Source: an uncultured archaeon (GTDB lineage Archaea > Asgardarchaeota > Thorarchaeia > Thorarchaeales > Thorarchaeaceae). From it: a stretch of DNA of 32,000 bases. Position 1 is the stretch's first letter. Every line of letters starts with the position of its first letter. Under the pieces are notes generated by a model that saw only the letters and a program-made list of their open reading frames with translations, did not search any database and was not told the origin of the DNA. The DNA lies in the NCBI GenBank assembly GCA_964648855.1, contig CAZYLT010000002.1, forward strand, positions 1 through 32,000, in the 5' to 3' direction. The position numbers and the translations under genes are program-made. Shown piece by piece: positions 18,622-28,412 of this stretch.

Positions 18622-20478
18622 ATGAGAAGGAAACGAAAAACAGTTCTTATCTTCATAGCAATATTCTTGGTTACGCTCCTTCCTGTCGGAGCACTTGCGG
18701 CTCCAGATGGACAAGGGGAAGTAGAATGGATGCAGGCATCCTATCTTCATGGGATTGGTTACAAGGGAAACGGCGTGACTGTAGCCATAATTGACTCTGG
18801 TGCAATCAATCATGAGCTATTCAATTCATCTACTCTACAGGAGTACTATGAAATCTATGATGATGGAAACAATCTATCTGTGCGAGGCACAGAATACTGG
18901 TATAGCCCCTATATTAGCGACTCGTCAGGTCATGGTACTGCCATGGTGGGCGCCATAAAGAGAATGGCGCCAAGTATAACGCTGCTGATTTATGAAGCCA
19001 ATGCAGTCGGACAGTATCAAAACAGTGAAGCACACGCTAAGGCTTTCGAGCATTTAGCGGCAAATCATGAAAGTGACGGTGTTGATATTCTAAGCTACAG
19101 CTACGGCACGTTGAATCCCGAGGGACAGCCAGATGGAGTTAAGAGCTCAATTGAGAGGTCTATCAACACCTTGGTGAACGAAGGAGTTGCTATCTTCATC
19201 TCGGTAGGGAACGAAGAAACAACTGAGGTATCTTGGCCAGCAAGTCTTGCATCTAGCTACGAGGGAGTTATGAGTATAACGGCAGTCTACGATGCAGAGA
19301 GTGCTACAGATAACAACAAAGATGAAGGGGAGTGGTGGGCAAAATCACAATACGAAACGGGCAAAGTTGAGCTCGCAGCTGTAGGAGTGGATTTCTACAC
19401 ATCCAATTTCACGAGTGGTTCCGCATATTCGAGCGAAAGCGGAACAAGCATTGCAACCGCATCTGCAGCAGGATTAACAGCATGTTTGATTGAGCACTAT
19501 AAATCAGTTCCTGAGGATCAGAGAACTACCATCTCTCCATCATTTATTGAAGGTCAGCTAGAGGATAATGCCAACGATTTTCAGCAACCACCCGAGAAGG
19601 TTGGCTCAGGTACTATCAGAGCTAAATTGAGTATGGTTAATTGGTACGATCATTCAGATACCAAGACTGCAACCTATGGCACAGTGACGGGCGGTATTCC
19701 TGGAGATGGTTCTGCAACCTTTAGTGAGTCCGCTTACAACACTTACACCTCATGGAATACTGAAGGGTTCTACAATGTTCCCCCAAATGGTTGGTCAGCA
19801 GACTGGGGATGGTCCTGTCAGAGCTATGGAGGACAATCAGGTTCATGGGCGAAATTTGAATATGATCTATGGAATACTGGGGATTTGGTTTCGGATGATT
19901 ATGATACCAATCATGCCAATAAAGTCTATTTGGAATTCTATTACAAAATGGCGTCATCAGGCGGCTCCTTGAAGGTATATGCGTATGATGGTTATAATTG
20001 GGACTTGGTTATGACCTGTACAAGTAGAAACTATTGGTACAAAGCCACATGGTCGTCAACAAGCCAGCAATATCAACTGAATACATTCAAAATCAAGTAT
20101 GAAGCAACAGCCACAGGAACACAGTTTGTAGGTGTTGATACACACAGAGTGAGGACAAGATACTATTGTCAGAAGTTCAAGCATAGTTTCTCCTTCACTG
20201 GATTGGACTACAACGCCTATGACGATGCTCAGCTACAACTTAAGCTGAGCTCTCGCAGTGGAACCGAGGACCTCATCATGAAGATTGGAACCCAGACATG
20301 GACACTTCCAGTGGGTTCTGAACAAGCGGTCGACGTCGGCGACTACATCACTTCTGTCACATTCACGATAGTGATTTACGCCTCCAAAGAGTCTGCTGAC
20401 TATAGTTCGGATTCATGGACTTTGAGCTATATCCGAATCCGAGTTCTAACATCGGACTGTGATTTCTACTCTCCGTAG
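18622..20478 (+). CDS. secreted subtilisin-like serine protease (S8) with C-terminal beta-rich domains
   Basis: Signal peptide; catalytic triad motifs VTVAIIDSG, GHGTAMVG, SGTSIATA; oxyanion Asn in SVGN. Confidence 0.9.
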   Translation: MRRKRKTVLIFIAIFLVTLLPVGALAAPDGQGEVEWMQASYLHGIGYKGNGVTVAIIDSGAINHELFNSSTLQEYYEIYDDGNNLSVRGTEYWYSPYISDSSGHGTAMVGAIKRMAPSITLLIYEANAVGQYQNSEAHAKAFEHLAANHESDGVDILSYSYGTLNPEGQPDGVKSSIERSINTLVNEGVAIFISVGNEETTEVSWPASLASSYEGVMSITAVYDAESATDNNKDEGEWWAKSQYETGKVELAAVGVDFYTSNFTSGSAYSSESGTSIATASAAGLTACLIEHYKSVPEDQRTTISPSFIEGQLEDNANDFQQPPEKVGSGTIRAKLSMVNWYDHSDTKTATYGTVTGGIPGDGSATFSESAYNTYTSWNTEGFYNVPPNGWSADWGWSCQSYGGQSGSWAKFEYDLWNTGDLVSDDYDTNHANKVYLEFYYKMASSGGSLKVYAYDGYNWDLVMTCTSRNYWYKATWSSTSQQYQLNTFKIKYEATATGTQFVGVDTHRVRTRYYCQKFKHSFSFTGLDYNAYDDAQLQLKLSSRSGTEDLIMKIGTQTWTLPVGSEQAVDVGDYITSVTFTIVIYASKESADYSSDSWTLSYIRIRVLTSDCDFYSP

Positions 20479-20602
20479 CGTATTACATCGTGAATCCTGT
20501 GCTTACAAGACTCAAGCAGAAAAGAGCATTATATGCTCTTTTCTATCCATTGTATTCAATAGGATAGATGTGGATATTCCATCGTACTGAAATAATTTAC
20601 AA

Positions 20603-23329
20603 ATGGGGCCTAGCAAGAAGATGATGTCTTCAACAAGTAGCAAGCCAATGAAGTGTTTCAGCTTAGTTCTAGGTATCATTCTACTTCTATCAACCAATCT
20701 ACCTAGCTTCAATGTAGAAGATAGTACCATGTTTCCAGAGGTTTCAGGCAGAAAAGGCACAAACTCGACATTGATTCCCTTCCCTTCCGCTGACCTTGGC
20801 TTGATGTATGGACGAATCTATGAAAACAGGGGTCAAGTTTCCAATTCCGAGGTACTTTTCTATGGTCATACTTCTAGGGGATTCATTGGGTTTGGAGAGA
20901 GCAAGGTCTTGTTTGAACCGCTCAGAGATAGAGGAATCCAAAAATCCATCGAAATTCCTGGTGATATAGTGCCCAACGGGCTAGATGAGATTAACGGCCC
21001 AACGAATTTCTTCCTGGGCCATGATCGTATATTTAGAAATGTGAGAACTTTTCAATCACTGGTTTTCGAAGATAAGAATCATGGATGGGTTCTTCATTTC
21101 CGAGCCTCCAAGCATGGCGTGATTAGTCCTTCCCTATTCGAATCTAAGGAACGCACCCCTATGTTGCAAGATAGTGATGAAGTCACTGAGATGAAGCAAA
21201 TACTCGTTTCTTTGAGGTCGATGCTAATCTCTAATTCCAGTTTCTCATCAAGACACACGGAGGACATAGACCGGACCGAGCCCACAAACAATCCGCACTT
21301 CTACTCAACTTATCTTGGAGGAACCGATGATGACATAGTCAGTGATATTGTTGTAGATGCGAATGGAAGTATCTATCTGACCGGTGAAACGAAGTCCCCC
21401 GACTTCCCAACTGAAAATGCTCTCGACTCACAACAATCCACAACGGATGTATTTGTTACGAAACTAAATGCCACCGGAAATGGAATTATCTACTCAACTT
21501 TCATCGGTGGTGAAAACACTGACCGGGGGACCTGCATAGATGTTGATGATGAAGGAAATGCCTTCGTTGGAGGAGAGACCTATTCGGAGAACTTTCCCAA
21601 TTGGACTCAACCTGACATAGGTGATTTTTCCAGCAACATTTTTCTCCTGAAACTGAACAGCTCTGGAAATGGCTTAGAGTTCTCCACGGTCTTGGGTGGA
21701 GATAGCACATTTGACGATATGACTGACCTTACTGTGGGGCAAGATGGACATGTGTTTGGAGTGGGTTATACTACTGGTGGTTTTCCCCTTCTCAATGCAT
21801 CCGATGCATCAGCTGGGGGCGGCTCGGAAGGCTTTCTCTTCAAGTATAATCCAACAGATGAAGGACTGCTATTCTCTACATACATTGGGGGAGAAGGGGT
21901 GGATTACCCCTACGGTGTTTGCGTGGATTCCAGTGATAATATCTATGTCACGGGCTCTACAAGTTCAGAAGATTTTCCCATGACTGCTGTCATTGATTAT
22001 ACCACAAATGGTGCGTTGTCCTGTTTCATCACAAAGTTCAATGCCTCCGGGGGATTGATTTCGTCTGTGCTCACGGGAGGGTCCGACGACGATTTTGGAC
22101 GGGCAGTGGCAATCGATTCAAGTGGTTCCATCGTTATTTCCGGATATACAGAGTCTGAAGACTTTCCCCTAGAGAATCCATCGGATGCTCAGTTTGCAGG
22201 TAAAAGTGAAGGGTTTGTTCTGAGAATAGATGCGTCATTTGACAGTCTTGCTCTCTCTACATTTTTTGGTGGGTCTGGGACGGATGAGATACTAGATCTT
22301 GTCATAGACGCTGAGAACAACATCTATCTGACAGGATTCACCAACTCCTCGGATATTCTTGTTGTGTCTCCTTACGATGAGAGCTATAATGGCAATGTCA
22401 CAGATGCTTTTCTTTGCAAGCTGACTGCGGACGGTCAAATTGCCTTCTCGACCTATATCGGAGGCACTGGAGAGGATGTGGCCGTGGCACTGGAGCTGGG
22501 ACACAATGGCAGTGTTTTTCTTGCTGGATGGACTAATTCTGCAGATTTCCCAACAAGCGTTTCCTTGCAGGACACCTACCATATCGGAGCCGAAGATGGA
22601 TTTGTTCTCAAGATACATGACTTGACAGACGGGGATAATGACGGCATGCAGGACTGGTGGGAGGAGAAATTTGGGCTGAGTCTTGGCATCAATGATAGTC
22701 TTGACGATGCAGATGGAGATGCATTGACCAATCTGAGGGAGTTTCAGAATGGTACTGACCCAACCAAGTGCGATACTGATGAGGACGGCATGCCCGATGG
22801 CTGGGAGGTGAGTTATAGTCTGAACCCTCTCATCAATGATGCTTCCGATGATCCTGATGATGACTTCCTCACCAATGTGCTGGAGTATCAGCATGAACTG
22901 AATCCCAGAAACAATGACACAGACAGTGATTTCATCCCTGACGGGTGGGAGGTAATATACGGACTGAATCCTCTAGTAGATGATGCAGCCGGTGACTTAG
23001 ACAGTGATGGTCTATCCAATGTCGAAGAGTTTGTGCGTGGCACACTTCCAAACATATCAGACACAGACTTAGACGGTATACCGGATGGCTGGGAGGTTCA
23101 ATTTGGATTTGACCCGCTTGATGATAACATTCCTCTGCTTGAATACTTCCTCTTCTATGTTGTTAGTCCTCAAGTTCTCATAGTAGCTGTCTTAGGCGGT
23201 CTTTCGGCCCTTGCGTTTGGAATCAAGTATGAAAAACATAGGAGAAGGAGAATTACTGAAACAAAGGCTGATGAACGTGAAACTGTTATCGAAGAACTGA
23301 AGAATGACAGCACCACCTCGGAGTTCTAG
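20603..23329 (+). CDS. membrane-anchored surface protein with SBBP-type beta-propeller repeats and Ca-binding DxDxDG repeats
   Basis: Repeated YSTYLGG..DD...I.VD..G.IY.TG.T.S.DFP units, then DTDxDGxPDGWE repeats, a C-terminal TM helix and a charged tail. Confidence 0.85.
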   Translation: MGPSKKMMSSTSSKPMKCFSLVLGIILLLSTNLPSFNVEDSTMFPEVSGRKGTNSTLIPFPSADLGLMYGRIYENRGQVSNSEVLFYGHTSRGFIGFGESKVLFEPLRDRGIQKSIEIPGDIVPNGLDEINGPTNFFLGHDRIFRNVRTFQSLVFEDKNHGWVLHFRASKHGVISPSLFESKERTPMLQDSDEVTEMKQILVSLRSMLISNSSFSSRHTEDIDRTEPTNNPHFYSTYLGGTDDDIVSDIVVDANGSIYLTGETKSPDFPTENALDSQQSTTDVFVTKLNATGNGIIYSTFIGGENTDRGTCIDVDDEGNAFVGGETYSENFPNWTQPDIGDFSSNIFLLKLNSSGNGLEFSTVLGGDSTFDDMTDLTVGQDGHVFGVGYTTGGFPLLNASDASAGGGSEGFLFKYNPTDEGLLFSTYIGGEGVDYPYGVCVDSSDNIYVTGSTSSEDFPMTAVIDYTTNGALSCFITKFNASGGLISSVLTGGSDDDFGRAVAIDSSGSIVISGYTESEDFPLENPSDAQFAGKSEGFVLRIDASFDSLALSTFFGGSGTDEILDLVIDAENNIYLTGFTNSSDILVVSPYDESYNGNVTDAFLCKLTADGQIAFSTYIGGTGEDVAVALELGHNGSVFLAGWTNSADFPTSVSLQDTYHIGAEDGFVLKIHDLTDGDNDGMQDWWEEKFGLSLGINDSLDDADGDALTNLREFQNGTDPTKCDTDEDGMPDGWEVSYSLNPLINDASDDPDDDFLTNVLEYQHELNPRNNDTDSDFIPDGWEVIYGLNPLVDDAAGDLDSDGLSNVEEFVRGTLPNISDTDLDGIPDGWEVQFGFDPLDDNIPLLEYFLFYVVSPQVLIVAVLGGLSALAFGIKYEKHRRRRITETKADERETVIEELKNDSTTSEF

Positions 23330-23536
23330 ATTCTTGTGAATCGAACCTTGGATTCTATCGAGCTTCTGTCATGACACACTTGCATAATAGGAAACAAAAA
23401 CATGAGAATTTGATGCATGAGTGTAAGGATGGACGAATCAGAGAACGTAATCCGTCCCATTTAGTTGAGCTACTTGGGAGTAATTATTGTACAACATACC
23501 AATTTACCACGATATTCTTAGCACCCCCTCGAATTG

Positions 23537-23794
23537 AAACCGCCTAATTCTGCCATTCGCAAGTGTGTAAGGATTCAGTTACCGAAAAACGGCAAGCAGG
23601 TGACTGCTTTCATCCCAGGGGACGGTGGGTTGAAATATATCGACGAACACGACGAAGTCATCATTGAAGGAATCGGGGGAGCCACAGGCGGAGCCATGGG
23701 TGATCTTCCGGGCGTGCGTTTCAAAGTGGTGAAGGTGAACGGCGTCGGTCTTGACTCTCTGATCTATGGGCGGGCTGAAAAGCCAATTAGGTAG
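23537..23794 (+). pseudogene. rps12: 3' fragment of rps12 (from K-P-P-N-S-A-I-R-K to stop), copy 2
   Basis: Colinear with 16891-17148; lacks the N-terminal ~62 codons; differences mostly synonymous. Confidence 0.92.
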
Positions 23795-23801
23795 AAGAAG
23801 A

Positions 23802-24107
23802 CTAAAGGCCAAGGTAATACTCAGCACTGACTATTGTTGCCGTCACTGTAGTGGTTAGGCGCTCTTTCTCTTCAGCGTCTGCAAACATCATCGATCGTCT
23901 GCTCAAAGAATTCAAATATTTCTCCAATCCCTCCTCATTGAGAAGTGCGATGCTGAGTGCTCGCTTGGAACTCACCTCAACCAATCTAAGTATGACATCT
24001 TCTCCATTCTGACGCCTCTCCTCGACCCGCGAGAGAGCTGCTCGAACCTCTTCCCATGTTGTATACTCTTTACCATCAATCGCCTCTTCCACGTTCATGT
24101 TGCTCAC
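23802..24107 (-). CDS. small acidic hypothetical protein (101 aa), island-associated family, copy 2 (inverted)
   Basis: Paralog of 17321-17626 with the same length and homologous upstream sequence. Confidence 0.85.
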   Translation of the reverse strand: MSNMNVEEAIDGKEYTTWEEVRAALSRVEERRQNGEDVILRLVEVSSKRALSIALLNEEGLEKYLNSLSRRSMMFADAEEKERLTTTVTATIVSAEYYLGL

Positions 24108-24194
24108 CCTGTAATATCTGCAAATAAGTGAATAATCTTTTTGCCATCTCTCTTTTTTCTAGCTAAGAAATCAACCCATGCTGTTATGAACTCC
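24083..24194. repeat. 112-bp direct repeat, copy 1 (5' end and upstream region of the small ORF)
   Basis: Near-identical to 26851-26962 (CCTCTTCCA.GTTCATGTTGCTCACCCTGTAA...CTAGCTAAGAAATCAACCCATG.TGTTATGAACTCC). Confidence 0.9.
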
Positions 24195-24267
24195 CACTCT
24201 TTTCTATTAAAAATTAACAGAAAAATTTATTATATAAATAATGTATTCGATTGTGAGGGCATCTAGT

Positions 24268-24568
24268 TTGAAGCAAAATCGAATAAAACAACTAAGTCTG
24301 TGTATTCTAACGGTCCTCGTTCTTTCAACGAGTGTTCCTGGAGTGATAACCACTCTGGATGCTGTAGATATGAACGAAGCAGAGTGCCGTAATTGGTTTC
24401 GATGAGGCTATAAATGTGGCTGATGGTGTTTCCTTCACAGAAGCATTTTGGGATGCTCTTGATGATGGCGATACGGTTGCCCAAGCCTTCAGTGATGCAG
24501 ATACTGAAAAGCCGGATATTGGAGATGCAACTGTTATTCTAGGTAGTACAAGTGTCACACTGACCTAA
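24268..24568 (+). pseudogene. internally deleted secreted-protein gene: signal peptide joined out of frame to a C-terminal fragment resembling CHAT/C25 (caspase-like) peptidase ends
   Basis: TTG 24268 gives MKQNRIKQLSLCILTVLVLSTSVPGV. A different frame gives SAVIGFDEAINVADGVSFTEAFWDALDDGDTVAQAFSDA...VILGSTSVTLT-stop (24568). Confidence 0.55.
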
Positions 24569-24631
24569 GTTCAGTTTAGAACATAGAAACTTGAATAAGA
24601 AGGCGTCCATCATATCACACAAGTGGTGTAG

Positions 24632-26659
24632 GTGATGTTTGGAATATTCAAACCAAGAAACCATGTGTTAATTGTCATCGCAATCGTGATGATTATTAGC
24701 ACTTCTCCTCCTTCTTCATCCTTAGATTATCTACCAGATAACACCATCTTTGGTGAGAGAGATCACTTTTCATCATCTTATGAAATAGGTAGTCCAATTT
24801 TCCATTCATCGTCTATTGGGGGTTCTGATCGAGATAAACTTGTAGATATTTCTGTAGGAGAAGATGGATTATATTATGCTTTAGGCATGACATGGTCGGA
24901 CGATTTTCCAGGGATGGAAAGTGGGGGCTATCAGAATAATGGTGCATCTGACTGCATTATAATCAAACTATTCAAGAATGGAACTCAATCGAGTGTAGTA
25001 TCTATGGTAGGAGGTAATGATACCGATGTGCCAATTGCATTAGATATCGATAGTGATGGAAATATATTCATCACTGGATATAGTTTCTCACATGATTTTC
25101 CAATCGTAAACGCAACAGAAACAACAGTATATGGGCAAAAGGCAGATTGTTTTCTCACTGTCATATCGTCTAATGGTACAATCCTATATTCAACAGTGTT
25201 TGGAGGAATATCTTCTGACAGTCCAAATGACATCATAATACTTCCAAATAGTACAGTAGTTGTCTCTGGTACAACATCATCTCATGATTTTCCAACAATT
25301 CCGAGTGTTGCCAATAGTCATCAAGGAAGTTCTGATATCTTTATCACGGTTATTGATTGGCAGAATGACTCGATAGAACATTCTAGTCTTGTTGGTGGTT
25401 CAGGAACTGACCAATGCCGTGATTCCTTAATCGAACCTGATGGAGGTCTTCTCATATGCGGGGTTTCATCCTCATCTGACCTACCTCTTCAATCAGTAAG
25501 CATTGGTCCTAGAGGTTCCTTTGATAGTATCATTATGGATTTCAACCTTGATTTTGACCTCCAATCCACACTCACAATAGGAGGACAAGGAGATGACATT
25601 CCCTCTAAGGCTGTTCTTACTGATACAGAATTAATCATCGGAGGGTCTACAACATCTCAAGATTTCCCAATTACCCTTGATGGTATATTTCAGGAATTGA
25701 ATGGTACTTCAGATGGTTTTCTAACAAGACTTAGTCTGGAAAATTATAGTGTGATATATTCTTCCTATTTTGGTGCTGAGGGTGAAGATAGTATTGTATC
25801 CCTGTCAGTCGACTCAGCAAATGAGATATACCTCATAGGCAATACGGATTCAACATCATTCCCAACCTCAGGTTATCTTAACTCATCTCACTCAGGTCAA
25901 GAAGATATCTTCGCATCCAAAATTAGTGTGACAGGAACAATTCTATTCTCCAATCTGATAGGTGGGTCAAATATCGAAATACCAAACTGTTTGGTTCAGG
26001 ACAATAATGGTACAGTAACGATAGGTGGAATCACAACTTCGAACGATTTTCCTTCAGTTAACGGACAAAACTCTATTGGAGGATATTCTGATGGTTTCAT
26101 TTACATCCTTGGAGATTGCGGTGATTCAGATGGAGATGCTCTTCCAGATTTTATGGAGAATTTCTTAGGAACTGATAGATACCTAATAGATTCTGACAAT
26201 GACAATCTTACAGATTACGACGAGGTCCATCTCTATGATACAGATCCAACAAACCCAGACACGGACTCTGATCAGTTGCCTGACGGCTGGGAAATTCAAT
26301 ACGGATTCAACCCGAATCTAAGCGATTCCTATTTGGACCCGGATGAGGATGGACTTTCAAACCTACTCGAATACAATATTGGAACAAATCCTTTAGACTC
26401 AGACTCAGATCGGGATGGATTCCCTGATGGATGGGAATATGAACAAGGATGGAATCCCCTTGATTCCAACGTTCCATTTCTTGAATATATTGACTATTAT
26501 TCCCTATGGATTATAGGGGGTTCGCTAGTTATTATTGGAACTGTTTCAATCCTTTACCTTCGTGATAAATACATTCTGAGGAGTTTAGATATTCAAGAAG
26601 ATAACAATAAAGATGATATTTCTCATATCATGAAGGCATTAGTTGAGGAGTCTGATTGA
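24632..26659 (+). CDS. membrane-anchored SBBP-repeat surface protein with Ca-binding DxDxDG repeats (paralog of 20603-23329)
   Basis: Signal peptide, GG...D...TG.T.S.DFP repeats, DSDxDGxPDGWE repeats, shared PLD.N.P.LEY motif before the TM helix. Confidence 0.85.
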   Translation: MMFGIFKPRNHVLIVIAIVMIISTSPPSSSLDYLPDNTIFGERDHFSSSYEIGSPIFHSSSIGGSDRDKLVDISVGEDGLYYALGMTWSDDFPGMESGGYQNNGASDCIIIKLFKNGTQSSVVSMVGGNDTDVPIALDIDSDGNIFITGYSFSHDFPIVNATETTVYGQKADCFLTVISSNGTILYSTVFGGISSDSPNDIIILPNSTVVVSGTTSSHDFPTIPSVANSHQGSSDIFITVIDWQNDSIEHSSLVGGSGTDQCRDSLIEPDGGLLICGVSSSSDLPLQSVSIGPRGSFDSIIMDFNLDFDLQSTLTIGGQGDDIPSKAVLTDTELIIGGSTTSQDFPITLDGIFQELNGTSDGFLTRLSLENYSVIYSSYFGAEGEDSIVSLSVDSANEIYLIGNTDSTSFPTSGYLNSSHSGQEDIFASKISVTGTILFSNLIGGSNIEIPNCLVQDNNGTVTIGGITTSNDFPSVNGQNSIGGYSDGFIYILGDCGDSDGDALPDFMENFLGTDRYLIDSDNDNLTDYDEVHLYDTDPTNPDTDSDQLPDGWEIQYGFNPNLSDSYLDPDEDGLSNLLEYNIGTNPLDSDSDRDGFPDGWEYEQGWNPLDSNVPFLEYIDYYSLWIIGGSLVIIGTVSILYLRDKYILRSLDIQEDNNKDDISHIMKALVEESD

Positions 26660-26850
26660 TTATTCAGATTACGATATCCAATACAGCAAGCAAAGACCAC
26701 ATTCTTGAATAATTTCTGGAATATGATAGCTCTTCATTAGCTGTGCGAAATTTGATCTATTTAGCTTCACGTCCAAAGCTCACACCAGTCATTTTCAACT
26801 CCTGAAATATTACTCCTTTATCAGGAATATCAGGTAGACAACTTAATCCA

Positions 26851-26962
26851 CCTCTTCCATGTTCATGTTGCTCACCCTGTAACATTTACAGATGAGTGAA
26901 TAATCTTTTTTCCATCTCTCTTTTTTCTAGCTAAGAAATCAACCCATGTTGTTATGAACTCC
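26851..26962. repeat. 112-bp direct repeat, copy 2, with a truncated third copy of the small ORF (MSNMNMEE)
   Basis: Matches 24083-24194; on the minus strand the ORF homology stops after about 9 codons. Confidence 0.9.
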
Positions 26963-27099
26963 AATGATGTCAAGAGAGTTTTAGCCAAACGTATGGTTTC
27001 GACTTTGGCGCAATACAAGCAAGATTGCAGGCTGAATAGGGAATTGATGACTGGTAGTGAATTTGAAAAGTCAGGAGGTCTGATTTCGAACCAGCTCCT

Positions 27100-27606
27100 T
27101 CACGACCTGTCAGCTCTTTGTGTGTGTATAACCCTTAGACCAAGTAGGTAGAGAACTCCCGGGCTCATCATAACTACTCCTGGAACCCATAGTATTGGCC
27201 TAGGATATGGGGGACTAACCATCCAGTGGATTCGGATTTGTGATTCATTAGATTGAGTGATGAGAATAGTGTACAGTCCAGGAGAGGGTATTACCACCAT
27301 TCCGTCCCACTCAGTTATGTTCTCTAATCTTAAGGTGGGACTTATGGTCCGTAACGATCCCTGTTCAAAAACATTCAAAGTATCGTTGTAATCAAGGATA
27401 TACAAGGAGTAGTGCTCTCCATTGTCAGAGTTTGTCCAGAAGTAGAAACTCTCCTGAACAACGAATGACTCAATCTCCCATTCTCCATCGTCAACAAGTC
27501 TGCCATCTATGTCCCCACCAAGAAGCAGGAAAGAGAGGGCAATGAATGTGACTCCAATAAGAATAAGCGCCTTAAGGGGTCGTTCAATAGCACCTTTCAA
27601 CCTCAA
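27100..27606 (-). CDS. membrane protein (N- and C-terminal TM helices, extracellular domain) associated with an ABC-2 transporter
   Basis: Overlaps the permease stop; homologous to 30654-31145 (P.L..EN.T.....I..P..Y....T). Confidence 0.75.
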   Translation of the reverse strand: MRLKGAIERPLKALILIGVTFIALSFLLLGGDIDGRLVDDGEWEIESFVVQESFYFWTNSDNGEHYSLYILDYNDTLNVFEQGSLRTISPTLRLENITEWDGMVVIPSPGLYTILITQSNESQIRIHWMVSPPYPRPILWVPGVVMMSPGVLYLLGLRVIHTQRADRS

Positions 27607-28412
27607 ACCTCCTTTTGTTTGAACAAAACAATAATGAAGATCAGAGCAATCACGATAAGAAACGCTGCTGTCCCGAGTGAGAAGAGCACATCACTATACT
27701 GCAATGCGTCATCAAGACCCATAACAAAATCGTAGCTTGTCTGCATAGGATTAAGAATCCTTGCAAAGTCAATTTGAAAGAGAGGGTTTGTTGCCAATAG
27801 TAATAGTATATTCCAGAGAGCAATCCCGCCCACTGCTGTAACAGCACTTCGACCTGATATGACAGCGATGAGCATCACTGATGAAGTGATAAGTGCCAAG
27901 GAGGTCCAGAAGGAAACAGTTAGAAGCAGTACTGACCACCCTATTGGGAAGAATGGCACGAAGACTGCCATGGCACCAAGCGCAGCTAGGAATCCTCCTC
28001 CACCGATGACCATGATTGCCAGTAGAAATTGGGCAATCATATAGGCACCCCTTCTTATGGGATACGAAAGAAATACTCGTAATGTGCCATCCTCAAAGGC
28101 TTTTGCAGTTGTAAAGCCTATCAAGAGAGGGATTAAGGAGTAAAAGAGGATGTTTAACTGATTCAGTATGTTTCCATAGACGGTGGGTGCTATTGCGGTT
28201 CGTATATCACTCAGCCAGGCCACCCACTCCGTTCCATCCCACCCCTCACCAGGATAGAGATTGATATGCCATTGCTGAGCAAGAAGACTATTGGTTGTCC
28301 ATAGAGATAACACGAGGAAGAAGATTAGGATTGTCTCAATGATCGGAAACCAATAGGAATTTGCATATTCAAGTCGCATTGTAGCAAGCAACTCCCTGCC
28401 CTCTTCCCTCAC
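27603..28412 (-). CDS. ABC-2 type transporter permease
   Basis: Multiple TM segments; FEDGTLRVFLSYPIRR motif; overlaps the ATPase stop. Confidence 0.88.
   Translation of the reverse strand: MREEGRELLATMRLEYANSYWFPIIETILIFFLVLSLWTTNSLLAQQWHINLYPGEGWDGTEWVAWLSDIRTAIAPTVYGNILNQLNILFYSLIPLLIGFTTAKAFEDGTLRVFLSYPIRRGAYMIAQFLLAIMVIGGGGFLAALGAMAVFVPFFPIGWSVLLLTVSFWTSLALITSSVMLIAVISGRSAVTAVGGIALWNILLLLATNPLFQIDFARILNPMQTSYDFVMGLDDALQYSDVLFSLGTAAFLIVIALIFIIVLFKQKEV

Larger units (their letters stand above)
17149..23536. mobile_element. cargo island 1 between full rps12 and the first rps12 3' fragment
   Basis: Bounded by a direct repeat of the rps12 3' 258 nt (16891-17148 vs 23537-23794). Carries the small ORF, S8 protease and SBBP protein. 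Confidence 0.7.

Noticed and set aside
23534-23794. rps12 fragments as expressed short S12 paralogs
   Set aside because: No clear SD or conserved start. The two fragments would begin at different codons and copy 3 is degenerate at its 5' edge.
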